Shown piece by piece: positions 1 through 5,705 of a stretch of DNA of 6,387 nt. The stretch comes from a plasmid. The stretch is taken from the sequence record NZ_CP064763.1; one strand, 5' to 3'. Position 1 is the first letter of the stretch. Every line of letters begins with the position of its first letter. A program made the position numbers and the translations under genes. The notes below the pieces were generated by a model. The model had not been told where the DNA came from. It saw only the letters and a list, made by a program, of their open reading frames with translations, and did not search any database.

Positions 1-936
1 ATGAGCAATGAACTTGTAAAATATGATCCTGAACTTAATACCATTCCGTTACGTAAATTCACCCCTATTGAAATGAATCTATTTTTTTCAATTATTTCTC
101 GTATGCGTGATAAGGGAGATCAGACAGTTAGATTTTCTTTTGAACAACTTAAAGATTTGAGCAACTATAAACCGACTGCAAATAATCGCTTTGAAGATGA
201 TATTCAAAGAACCTATGAAAAGTTAATGGGACTTCATTTTGGAAGACGTAGTAAATCTGGATTAAATAGAGAAATGTTTGTTATGTTTACTAAATTCAGA
301 ATTGTTGGTGAAGCTGATTCTCCTTATATAGAAATTGAAGTATATAAAGATGCTTTGCCACTTCTTAATAATTTAGACACGTGGGTTAGATATGCTTTAG
401 CGGAATTTAGAGATCTTCGAAGCAGTTATGCTAAAACCGCTTTTAGATTGTTAAAAGGTTTCAGAACAACCGGTTATGCTTTTTTATCAAAAGAAGATTT
501 TTTTGAGTTACTTGATATTCCTAAAAGTTATTGGAAAAAACCGGGAGACGTTGATAGATACGTTCTTAAACCAATCAGAGAAGAATTGACCCCTCTTTTT
601 AGAGGCCTAACTGTTCGAAAGAAATATGGTAAAGGCCGCGGGAAACCAGTGATTGGGTATTCTTTTACTTGGAAGCCTGAAAAGAAAGACGCTAACGACT
701 TCTCACAAGGTCAATTTCAAGATGAACGTCAAAAACTATTTAACATTCAGCATAATGGTGAATTAACAGAACAGGAAAAATGGCGTGCCATTGATAAAGT
801 TAAGGGGTTAACTCTAGGCTCTACTGAGAAACAAGCATTGGCTGATAAACAGGCCGAGCACGATAAAAAAATAAGAGATCAAGCAAGACAAGAAGCACTT
901 GCTGAACTCCGAAAGGGGTTTGGAAATCACGCCTAA
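1..936 (+). CDS. repB: Theta-plasmid replication initiator protein, Rep_3 family (lactococcal RepB-like)
   Basis: 311-aa ORF. N-terminal half (MSNELVKYDPELNTIPLRKFTPIEMNLFFSIISRMRDKGDQTVRFSFEQLKDL...) has the pattern of Rep_3 initiators of LAB theta plasmids. Charged, Gln/Ala/Lys-rich C-terminal tail. RBS GGAGG at 6376-6380 plus iterons at the 3' end of the window, as expected if the plasmid is circular and the window starts at the repB ATG. Confidence 0.85.
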   Translation: MSNELVKYDPELNTIPLRKFTPIEMNLFFSIISRMRDKGDQTVRFSFEQLKDLSNYKPTANNRFEDDIQRTYEKLMGLHFGRRSKSGLNREMFVMFTKFRIVGEADSPYIEIEVYKDALPLLNNLDTWVRYALAEFRDLRSSYAKTAFRLLKGFRTTGYAFLSKEDFFELLDIPKSYWKKPGDVDRYVLKPIREELTPLFRGLTVRKKYGKGRGKPVIGYSFTWKPEKKDANDFSQGQFQDERQKLFNIQHNGELTEQEKWRAIDKVKGLTLGSTEKQALADKQAEHDKKIRDQARQEALAELRKGFGNHA

Positions 937-1628
937 AACTATTAGAGAACTTGCTACAGTTGCCATCACATTTTCTATGTGGTGGTTTTTTATTTGTTTC
1001 ATGACATCCCTTGTATGCCTTAATACATATAACATTATATGGATATTATTGAACCGCTTAATAGGAGCGCTCTCTCAAACACTCCAGGTCTAAAAAACTC
1101 ACTCGCCACTTTTGGCGTGCCAGATTTTAGATATTTAATAATTCTGCTTTTAAATACCAGAGGGGGTGTTGATTTTACACTTCTTTTTAGATATTTAAGA
1201 GTTATGCTTCTTGTTGTTCAGCAATCAACCTGGCAGAACGATTCGTTCACTCAATTCATTTTCATCATCATGATCTGTTTATGTTTTAGTTTTAGTTTAT
1301 TTAATGCTATACAAGTGTCTACACTATATGTAGACAAGAATTGAATTGCTTCACATTTTTTTGGTCTGCAGTACTGATTTGGTACTTCAGCTTATCGTCA
1401 TCATCTACATGATCTCTGACAGCCTTAGCAGCTGGTAACTTTCTAGGAGGTTCAGTGATAAAATCTCCCTTCGACACTTGTGCCGAAAGATATTTACTAA
1501 CTCTTTGCCATCTGGCCACGACATTGCCAAAAGTGGCAACGGTATAAATTCCTACATGGCTTTTCGCCAAAAACGGCGTAAAGTCCTCAATCTCTTCAAA
1601 GCAATAATTATTAAACTTTTAAGGTTCA

Positions 1629-1868
1629 ATGATTGCTGTAAAAAAATATAAATCACTTCAAGAATTATGTGATGGTGACATTGTTATTTTTCAAGATGGT
1701 GGAGATATGTCTGTAAAGAGGTATTACAACTCGCCTAAAAATAGAACAATTACATTCAATCCAGATTCAAGCGACACTAGATTTTACCCAATAACGTACA
1801 GATATGAAGATTTAGATGATATTAGAATATTAGGTAAAGTAGTCGTTTATACAGTAAACTTAAGATAA
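1629..1868 (+). CDS. Small (79 aa) protein resembling a minimal LexA/UmuD-type S24 peptidase C-terminal domain
   Basis: MIAVKKYKSLQELCDGDIVIFQDGGDMSVKRYYNSPKNRTITFNPDSSDTRFYPITYRYEDLDDIRILGKVVV aligns by eye to the LexA/UmuD catalytic domain. Matches: V-K-x-x-S-(L/M) ... DGD-(I/L)-(V/L) ... (T/S)-VKR-(L/Y) ... L-x-P-x-N ... P-I ... I-x-G-K-V. A candidate Ser and Lys dyad is retained, but GDSM is replaced by YKSL and one beta-hairpin segment looks deleted. Weak RBS (AAGG, 4-nt spacer). In-frame stop immediately upstream, so there is no N-terminal DNA-binding domain. Confidence 0.45.
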   Translation: MIAVKKYKSLQELCDGDIVIFQDGGDMSVKRYYNSPKNRTITFNPDSSDTRFYPITYRYEDLDDIRILGKVVVYTVNLR

Positions 1869-1884
1869 AAATTTGGAGGCCAAT

Positions 1885-2076
1885 ATGAAAGATGAGCCTG
1901 TAGATATTCGCGATGTTCTATTAAAAATGGCTGGTAAAGCATTCATTGATAAAACTGTCACCTTTGATGGTGACCCACATGCTTACACAGGTGAAGCTGC
2001 AGTCAAAGTAGGTCTAGATATAGTGGATTTAGTCGAACGATTTGATAGAGAATTTAGTTATAAAAAAAATAAATAA
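1885..2076 (+). CDS. Hypothetical protein (63 aa), second gene of a 3-gene operon
   Basis: ATG at 1885 preceded by GGAGG (1875-1879) with a 5-nt spacer. The ORF track starts at TTG 1873, but ATG 1885 has the better RBS geometry. Protein MKDEPVDIRDVLLKMAGKAFIDKTVTFDGDPHAYTGEAAVKVGLDIVDLVERFDREFSYKKNK is not recognisable to me. Confidence 0.45.
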   Translation: MKDEPVDIRDVLLKMAGKAFIDKTVTFDGDPHAYTGEAAVKVGLDIVDLVERFDREFSYKKNK

Positions 2077-2090
2077 GGAGTTTTACTATC

Positions 2091-2393
2091 GTGGGGATAT
2101 TTACAAAAAGTCAAAAGAATTTATCTGATTCTATTTATATAAAGAAAGTTAAACCCTTACTTAAAAATGACGGTCTCAAACATGTCGTCATGATTAATAG
2201 CTTTAGCAAATGGCTTAATCAAGACTTTAATGCTGAAGACAAATACACCACTCAAATAGATGGCATACTCTCAAGCATGCAAAATGATGGGTATGAAATC
2301 TTAGATGTTAAATTCGATTCATTACAGAATCAAGGTTTGCTGAAAGATATGGAAGGTTTTCATACCTTAATTATTTATGTTTTTGTACCTTAA
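2091..2393 (+). CDS. Hypothetical protein (100 aa), third gene of the operon
   Basis: GTG start at 2091 with AAGGAG (2075-2080) 10 nt upstream. First in-frame ATG is about 33 codons downstream. Followed by a terminator-like hairpin. No recognisable family. Confidence 0.4.
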   Translation: MGIFTKSQKNLSDSIYIKKVKPLLKNDGLKHVVMINSFSKWLNQDFNAEDKYTTQIDGILSSMQNDGYEILDVKFDSLQNQGLLKDMEGFHTLIIYVFVP

Positions 2394-2427
2394 AGAATTT
2401 AGAAACAGTAAAACCTCAAATACAAAA

Positions 2428-2455
2428 AGACCAGTTAACCACTGATCTTTTTTTG
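2428..2455 (+). terminator. Putative rho-independent terminator of the 3-gene operon
   Basis: agaccagt(2428-2435)-taacc-actgatct(2441-2448): 8-bp stem with one mismatch. Followed by the T-run tttttttg. Confidence 0.4.
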
Positions 2456-2500
2456 TTTGTTATAATACTATAATGATATAAATATATACGTGGAGGGTTT
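2452..2500 (+). promoter_or_regulatory. Putative promoter and RBS region of the Ltp-like gene
   Basis: Two TATAAT hexamers (2461-2466, 2469-2474) downstream of TTGTTT (2452-2457). Spacing to a -35 is not canonical. RBS GGAGGG at 2493-2498, 7 nt before ATG 2506. Confidence 0.3.
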
Positions 2501-2505
2501 TAGAT

Positions 2506-3066
2506 ATGAAAGATAATAAAAATAAGAAACCATTTTATAAAAATTGGTGGTTTTGGGTAATTTTTATTGTAGTTATTGTAGTCATTGGGGAAATGGGTGG
2601 AGGTTCTTCTAAAGACTCAGACACCAAGAGTTCATCTGAAAAAACAGAAAAAGTAGCGAAAAAGTCTAGTCCGGAGAAGAAAACAACTACAAAGTCTGAA
2701 GATACAAATAATAACAACAGTGACAGTACTAATACATCGACAAATAAAAATGACAAAGTATCACCTGATGATAAAAATGCCCTAGCATCCGCAAAAACTT
2801 ATTCAGATACTATGCATATGTCAAAACAAGGAATATATGATCAATTGACATCTGATGCCGGAGACAAATTCTCACCCGAAGCAGCTCAATATGCTGTAGA
2901 TAACCTAAAAGCTAACTATAATGAGAATGCATTAAAATCAGCAAAAACTTATCAAAAAGAAATGAATATGTCTACTGAAGGAATTAGAGATCAATTAACT
3001 TCTGATGCTGGGGAAAAATTCACACCAGACGAAGCTAATTATGCAATTCAACATTTAAATGATTAA
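2506..3066 (+). CDS. Membrane-anchored protein with two Ltp-family (phage superinfection-exclusion lipoprotein-type) repeats
   Basis: 186 aa. N-terminal basic stretch plus hydrophobic helix (WWFWVIFIVVIVVIG), with no Cys, so a signal anchor rather than a lipobox. Then a Ser/Thr/Lys/Asn-rich linker. Then two tandem repeats, ALASAKTYSDTMHMSKQGIYDQLTSDAGDKFSPEAAQYAVDNL and ALKSAKTYQKEMNMSTEGIRDQLTSDAGEKFTPDEANYAIQHL. These match my memory of the Ltp repeat (A-x-x-SAK-x-Y ... S-x-x-G-(I/L)-x-DQLTS ... G-x-KF(T/S)-x-(E/D)-(A/E)-x-YA(V/I)) from Streptococcus thermophilus phage TP-J34 Ltp and LAB homologues. Confidence 0.7.
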   Translation: MKDNKNKKPFYKNWWFWVIFIVVIVVIGEMGGGSSKDSDTKSSSEKTEKVAKKSSPEKKTTTKSEDTNNNNSDSTNTSTNKNDKVSPDDKNALASAKTYSDTMHMSKQGIYDQLTSDAGDKFSPEAAQYAVDNLKANYNENALKSAKTYQKEMNMSTEGIRDQLTSDAGEKFTPDEANYAIQHLND

Positions 3067-3159
3067 CCACTAACATATATATACCAATGAATAATTTGAT
3101 GATTATTATTAGTTTGTTTTGATTTAGTTTAGTTAATGTGTTCGTTATGCCGTTCGCTT

Positions 3160-3180
3160 TGTTGTTCAATATGAACAACA
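3160..3180. repeat. Perfect 9-bp inverted repeat (tgttgttca-ata-tgaacaaca)
   Basis: Seen directly. No T-run on either side, so it is not an obvious terminator. Lies in the noncoding stretch upstream of the hsdS remnant. Confidence 0.5.
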
Positions 3181-3212
3181 CAAAGCTATCTGTTAGTTCT
3201 GGAATTGAATAA

Positions 3213-3299
3213 CTTGATCATCTCATCACTCTTCATCAGCGTAAGTTAGATTTGTTGAAAGAACAGAAAAAAGGCTTTTTACAAAAGATGTTTGTTTAG
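3213..3299 (+). pseudogene. hsdS: Remnant of the 3' end of a type I restriction-modification specificity (hsdS) gene
   Basis: Frame 3213-3299 translates LDHLITLHQRKLDLLKEQKKGFLQKMFV* with an in-frame stop immediately upstream. This matches the conserved C-terminal coiled-coil tail of HsdS subunits (...TLHQRKL..LK...K.LLQ.MF) as I remember it from lactococcal plasmid hsdS genes. No start or RBS, and no upstream target-recognition domain. Confidence 0.45.
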
Positions 3300-3340
3300 G
3301 GTCTATAATTACCAAATCGCCCCTCAAAAACATTGAAAGA

Positions 3341-3390
3341 ATAACCCCTAATATCTATAATGTAGATATTAGGGGTTATTTATTTTTATA
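3341..3390. terminator. Bidirectional rho-independent terminator
   Basis: Perfect 17-bp arms ataacccctaatatcta (3341-3357) and tagatattaggggttat (3363-3379), loop taatg. Followed on the + strand by ttatttttata. Lies 30 bp beyond the stop of the minus-strand toxin gene and downstream of the + strand hsdS fragment. Confidence 0.55.
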
Positions 3391-3408
3391 TACCAGAAAT
3401 AGCTTCTT

Positions 3409-3765
3409 TTATTCGTTATTTTTTCGATACCTTTTAGAACGATTTTGACCAGGAAATAAACGATCATGTGATCCGACTCGAATGCCAATTAAGACTAGTT
3501 CATCTTTATCAATCGTATAAACCACCAGGACATCGTTAGTTTCGCTTGGTGTTTTGTTTTTCGGGGTATCTCGTAAGTGAAATTCATTATAACCGCTCAT
3601 TCGCCGATTAAGCTCATGATCTTCAAATTCTGGTGGTAATTGTTGTTGCTCAAGCAACAGGTCAATGGCTGCTCGAACTTCATCAATAATAGATTTGTCT
3701 AAACTGGCTAACCGTTTTAGATCAGCATTAAAGGTTGCACGTGGTTTAAATCTTAGTTTTTTCAT
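3409..3765 (-). CDS. Type II toxin, RelE/ParE superfamily (YafQ-like mRNA interferase)
   Basis: 118 aa. The segment FEDHELNRRMSGYNEFHLR...VLVVYTIDKDELVLIGIRVGSHDRLF parallels E. coli YafQ (KDHPLQGSWKGYRDAHVEPDWILIYKLTDKLLRFERTGTHAALF). The start ATG overlaps the stop of the upstream antitoxin ORF (TAATG arrangement, coordinate 3765 shared). Confidence 0.75.
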   Translation of the reverse strand: MKKLRFKPRATFNADLKRLASLDKSIIDEVRAAIDLLLEQQQLPPEFEDHELNRRMSGYNEFHLRDTPKNKTPSETNDVLVVYTIDKDELVLIGIRVGSHDRLFPGQNRSKRYRKNNE

Positions 3766-4043
3766 TATTTAAACTGACCCCAATAATCATCATCTGATTC
3801 AACAATTTCATCGTCAGGTAAAACATGGCGTTTAATTAACTGATCACGTGCAATTGCATATTCTAACGAACCTTCTTTAGCTTTTAATGCTCTTTCTAGC
3901 CAGTCCATTTTTTCTTGTGAAACGATGGCTACTGCGCGACTATTTGAACGAGCAATATAAACGGTTTCGTCTTCGTCATTAACTTGATCTAAATATTTTT
4001 TTAGGTTAGCGCGAAAATCGCTCTGTGTTAGTGCTAATGTCAT
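3765..4043 (-). CDS. Type II antitoxin, Phd/YefM family
   Basis: MTLALTQSDFRANLKKYLDQVNDEDETVYIARSNSRAVAIVSQEKMDWLERAL... follows the YefM pattern (..s.sEaRqnL...v.....pv.Itr.g...avl.S.eey.sL). Acidic C-terminal tail. I place the start at ATG 4043 with GGGTGG 5 nt upstream; the ORF track starts at the in-frame GTG at 4052. Translationally coupled to the toxin gene. Confidence 0.75.
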   Translation of the reverse strand: MTLALTQSDFRANLKKYLDQVNDEDETVYIARSNSRAVAIVSQEKMDWLERALKAKEGSLEYAIARDQLIKRHVLPDDEIVESDDDYWGQFK

Positions 4044-4059
4044 ATTTACCACCCTTTCA

Positions 4060-4099
4060 TTGTACTTAATATTGTACTTTAATTTGTACTAAAAATCAA
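4060..4099 (-). promoter_or_regulatory. Toxin-antitoxin operon promoter with overlapping TTGTACT direct-repeat operator
   Basis: On the minus strand: TTGATT (4094-4099 on +), 17-nt spacer, TACAAT (4071-4076 on +). That is a near-consensus sigma-A promoter. Three direct repeats of ttgtact at 4060-4066, 4072-4078 and 4084-4090 (12-bp period) overlap the -10, spacer and predicted TSS. TGTAC is the core of the TGTACA half-site used by YefM-family operators. Confidence 0.5.
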
Positions 4100-4120
4100 T
4101 TTTTTTAAGGAGCTAAAACT

Positions 4121-4708
4121 ATGCAACAAGTTGTCTTACCCATCAAAGATTCAAACGTTCTTAAAGAGGTTCAAGATACGTTACTCAATAACTTTAAAGC
4201 TGGCCGACGTAACTATACAGTTTTTCAAGTTGGCAAAGCGACACTGTTGCGAGTCAGTGATGTCATGCGCTTAAAACAGATCGACATTTTTAATCCGGAC
4301 GGGTCTATTAAACAAAATGCGTTCATTCACGATCGAAAAACGGGTAAGCCTAATACCTTGTACCTTAAACCAGTTCAAACAGAGCTCTTATTGTATCGCC
4401 AATGGCTACTTGATCATCAGCTGGATTCTGAATGGCTCTTTCCTTCCATTCAACACCCCGAACGCCATATCACGGAAAAACAGTTCTACAAAATTATGAG
4501 TAAGGTTGGCGAGCTGTTAGGCATTAATTATCTAGGGACCCATACAATGCGCAAAACCGGGGCTTATCGTGTCTACACACAATCAAACTATAATATTGGC
4601 TTAGTCATGAATCTGCTCAATCATTCCAGTGAGGCGATGACTTTAGCTTATTTAGGCTTAGACCAGGCTAGTACTGAAACGATGCTGGATCAGATTGATT
4701 TTGGTTAG
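4121..4708 (+). CDS. Small tyrosine site-specific recombinase (phage-integrase catalytic domain only)
   Basis: 195 aa. Catalytic signature visible: box I Arg region (ATLLRVSDVMRLKQIDI), HTMRKTGAYRVY (H-x-x-R), and LLNHSSEAMTLAYLG (second His and nucleophilic Tyr). RBS AAGGAG at 4097-4102, 8-nt spacer. No N-terminal core-binding domain. Confidence 0.8.
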   Translation: MQQVVLPIKDSNVLKEVQDTLLNNFKAGRRNYTVFQVGKATLLRVSDVMRLKQIDIFNPDGSIKQNAFIHDRKTGKPNTLYLKPVQTELLLYRQWLLDHQLDSEWLFPSIQHPERHITEKQFYKIMSKVGELLGINYLGTHTMRKTGAYRVYTQSNYNIGLVMNLLNHSSEAMTLAYLGLDQASTETMLDQIDFG

Positions 4709-4720
4709 GAGGTTGTCCTT

Positions 4721-5080
4721 ATGGATTTAGATTTTAAAACCAACAAATATGAGCTGTTTGATGATTGGCATCAAAATAAGACTAAACAAGCCTTTACACA
4801 AAAGTTGCAACAACAAGCTCAAATTGAAAAAAAACACCTGCCACAATTATTGTCGCGTGAAGATTTAAAAATTCGTTGGCAGATGAACTCTCGTCAAAGT
4901 GTTCACCAAGTTACTAGTAAGCCTGATTTTCCACAACCCGTTTTTGCTTTTAATCATGGTAAGACGCCGCTTTACTTAGCAACTGAAATTCAAATTTTTG
5001 AAATTAATCACCCTTGGGTGATAACTCCCGGTGCTCGTCTTGCTTATAGTCATTGGATCCTTCGTAATGTGATTGATTAA
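4721..5080 (+). CDS. AlpA/excisionase-like HTH DNA-binding protein
   Basis: 119 aa. Segment LLSREDLKIRWQMNSRQSVHQVTSKPDFPQPVFAFNHGKTPLYLATEIQIFE matches the AlpA/Xis-type winged-helix pattern (L...e.a..lg.S..t.yr.....FP.P...g.r...W...Ev..w). RBS AGGAGG at 4707-4712 overlaps the recombinase stop, so the two are translationally coupled. Confidence 0.6.
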   Translation: MDLDFKTNKYELFDDWHQNKTKQAFTQKLQQQAQIEKKHLPQLLSREDLKIRWQMNSRQSVHQVTSKPDFPQPVFAFNHGKTPLYLATEIQIFEINHPWVITPGARLAYSHWILRNVID

Positions 5081-5134
5081 TCTTGAGATTTGGCTCTAGG
5101 ATTTTTATCGTTGGCGCTAGCCTTCTAATACAAA

Positions 5135-5158
5135 TAATCCCCATCAAAATGGGGATTA
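5135..5158. repeat. Perfect 9-bp inverted repeat (taatcccca-tcaaaa-tggggatta)
   Basis: Seen directly. No T-run follows on the + strand. Lies about 55 bp after the AlpA-like gene stop and immediately before the oriT-like palindrome. Confidence 0.5.
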
Positions 5159-5165
5159 AATCTAT

Positions 5166-5200
5166 CCTTGACAAGTGTCAAGGGTGTAAGTGCGCATTGA
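5166..5200 (+). other. Putative origin of transfer (oriT), MOBQ-type: 18-bp palindrome followed by TAAGTGCG|C nick-site core
   Basis: CCTTGACAagTGTCAAGG (5166-5183, perfect 8-bp arms) is immediately followed by GTGTAAGTGCGCATTG (5184-5199). The RSF1010/pIP501/pGO1-family oriT architecture is an inverted repeat followed within a few bp by TAAGTGCG|CCCT. The first 9 nt of that nick core match here. No relaxase gene in the window. Confidence 0.45.
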
Positions 5201-5508
5201 CCTCGTTTCACTCGGTCTGCTGATAACCATAAAATCAATTTTTGCCGTTGTTGAATGGAATGTATTCTTAATTCAATTTATGCTTACACTTAACTGAGTT
5301 TGTTATGCTTTAAATGCTAAAAATTGTTGCATATCCCGCTGCTTTCAACCAATTTTTTTTAATTGCTTTATGCAGAGAATCTTCATAAACCTGGCAACAA
5401 AATTTGAATAACTAACTTTAAGAACTGCGTATCTAATTTAAGATTATTATTTTAATGTTAGGAGTAATTAAGCTGGACTAAAAGAAAGTATTAAAACCCA
5501 TTGATGAA

Positions 5509-5667
5509 ATGCTTGCTGATCCTTGGGAAGTTGATATTCAAGAATTGTTTGAAGCTTCTGTCAATGAACCTGACGAGATCAAAAAGAATTTGTATGATTC
5601 CCTGTATACTTATATTTTGCAAAAAAGACAAGAAGATATTATTAATCGTCCTGGCTTCGTTATTTAG
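5509..5667 (+). CDS. Possible small ORF or 3' remnant of a lost gene (frame open from 5482)
   Basis: Frame 5482-5667 translates KESIKPIDEMLADPWEVDIQELFEASVNEPDEIKKNLYDSLYTYILQKRQEDIINRPGFVI*. The composition is protein-like, unlike the low-complexity frames the ORF track reports here, and it ends 1 nt before a terminator. The only ATG (5509) has no RBS. AGGAG at 5460-5464 is followed by an in-frame stop (5479-5481) before the frame opens. Confidence 0.25.
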   Translation: MLADPWEVDIQELFEASVNEPDEIKKNLYDSLYTYILQKRQEDIINRPGFVI

Positions 5668-5700
5668 CCCTCTAAGAGCCTGCTGAGGGCTTTTTATTTT
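5666..5700 (+). terminator. Rho-independent terminator
   Basis: agccctc (5666-5672) pairs with gagggct (5685-5691). Followed by tttttatttt. Confidence 0.5.
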
Positions 5701-5705
5701 TGCTT

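Noticed and set aside
814-1035. 73-aa minus-strand ORF overlapping the repB 3' end
   Set aside because: Antisense to a well-supported CDS. Hydrophobic, low-complexity translation. No RBS.
899-1344. Two overlapping + strand ORFs from the track (899-1093, 64 aa; 1039-1344, 101 aa) after repB
   Set aside because: Both are Phe/Leu/Ile/Cys-rich and low-complexity, and they overlap the repB 3' end. Neither has an RBS. Their composition is what an AT/T-rich non-coding region gives by chance. They are not an orfX/repX homologue.
2535-2756. 73-aa minus-strand ORF inside the Ltp-like gene
   Set aside because: Antisense shadow ORF within the Ser/Thr/Lys-rich linker of a supported gene.
3160-3180. Inverted repeat tgttgttca-ata-tgaacaaca as a terminator
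   Set aside because: No flanking T-run on either strand and no gene ending nearby. Kept only as a repeat or possible protein-binding site.
4317-4499. 60-aa + strand ORF inside the tyrosine recombinase gene (alternate frame)
   Set aside because: Out-of-frame internal ORF of a gene whose main frame carries the complete recombinase catalytic signature.
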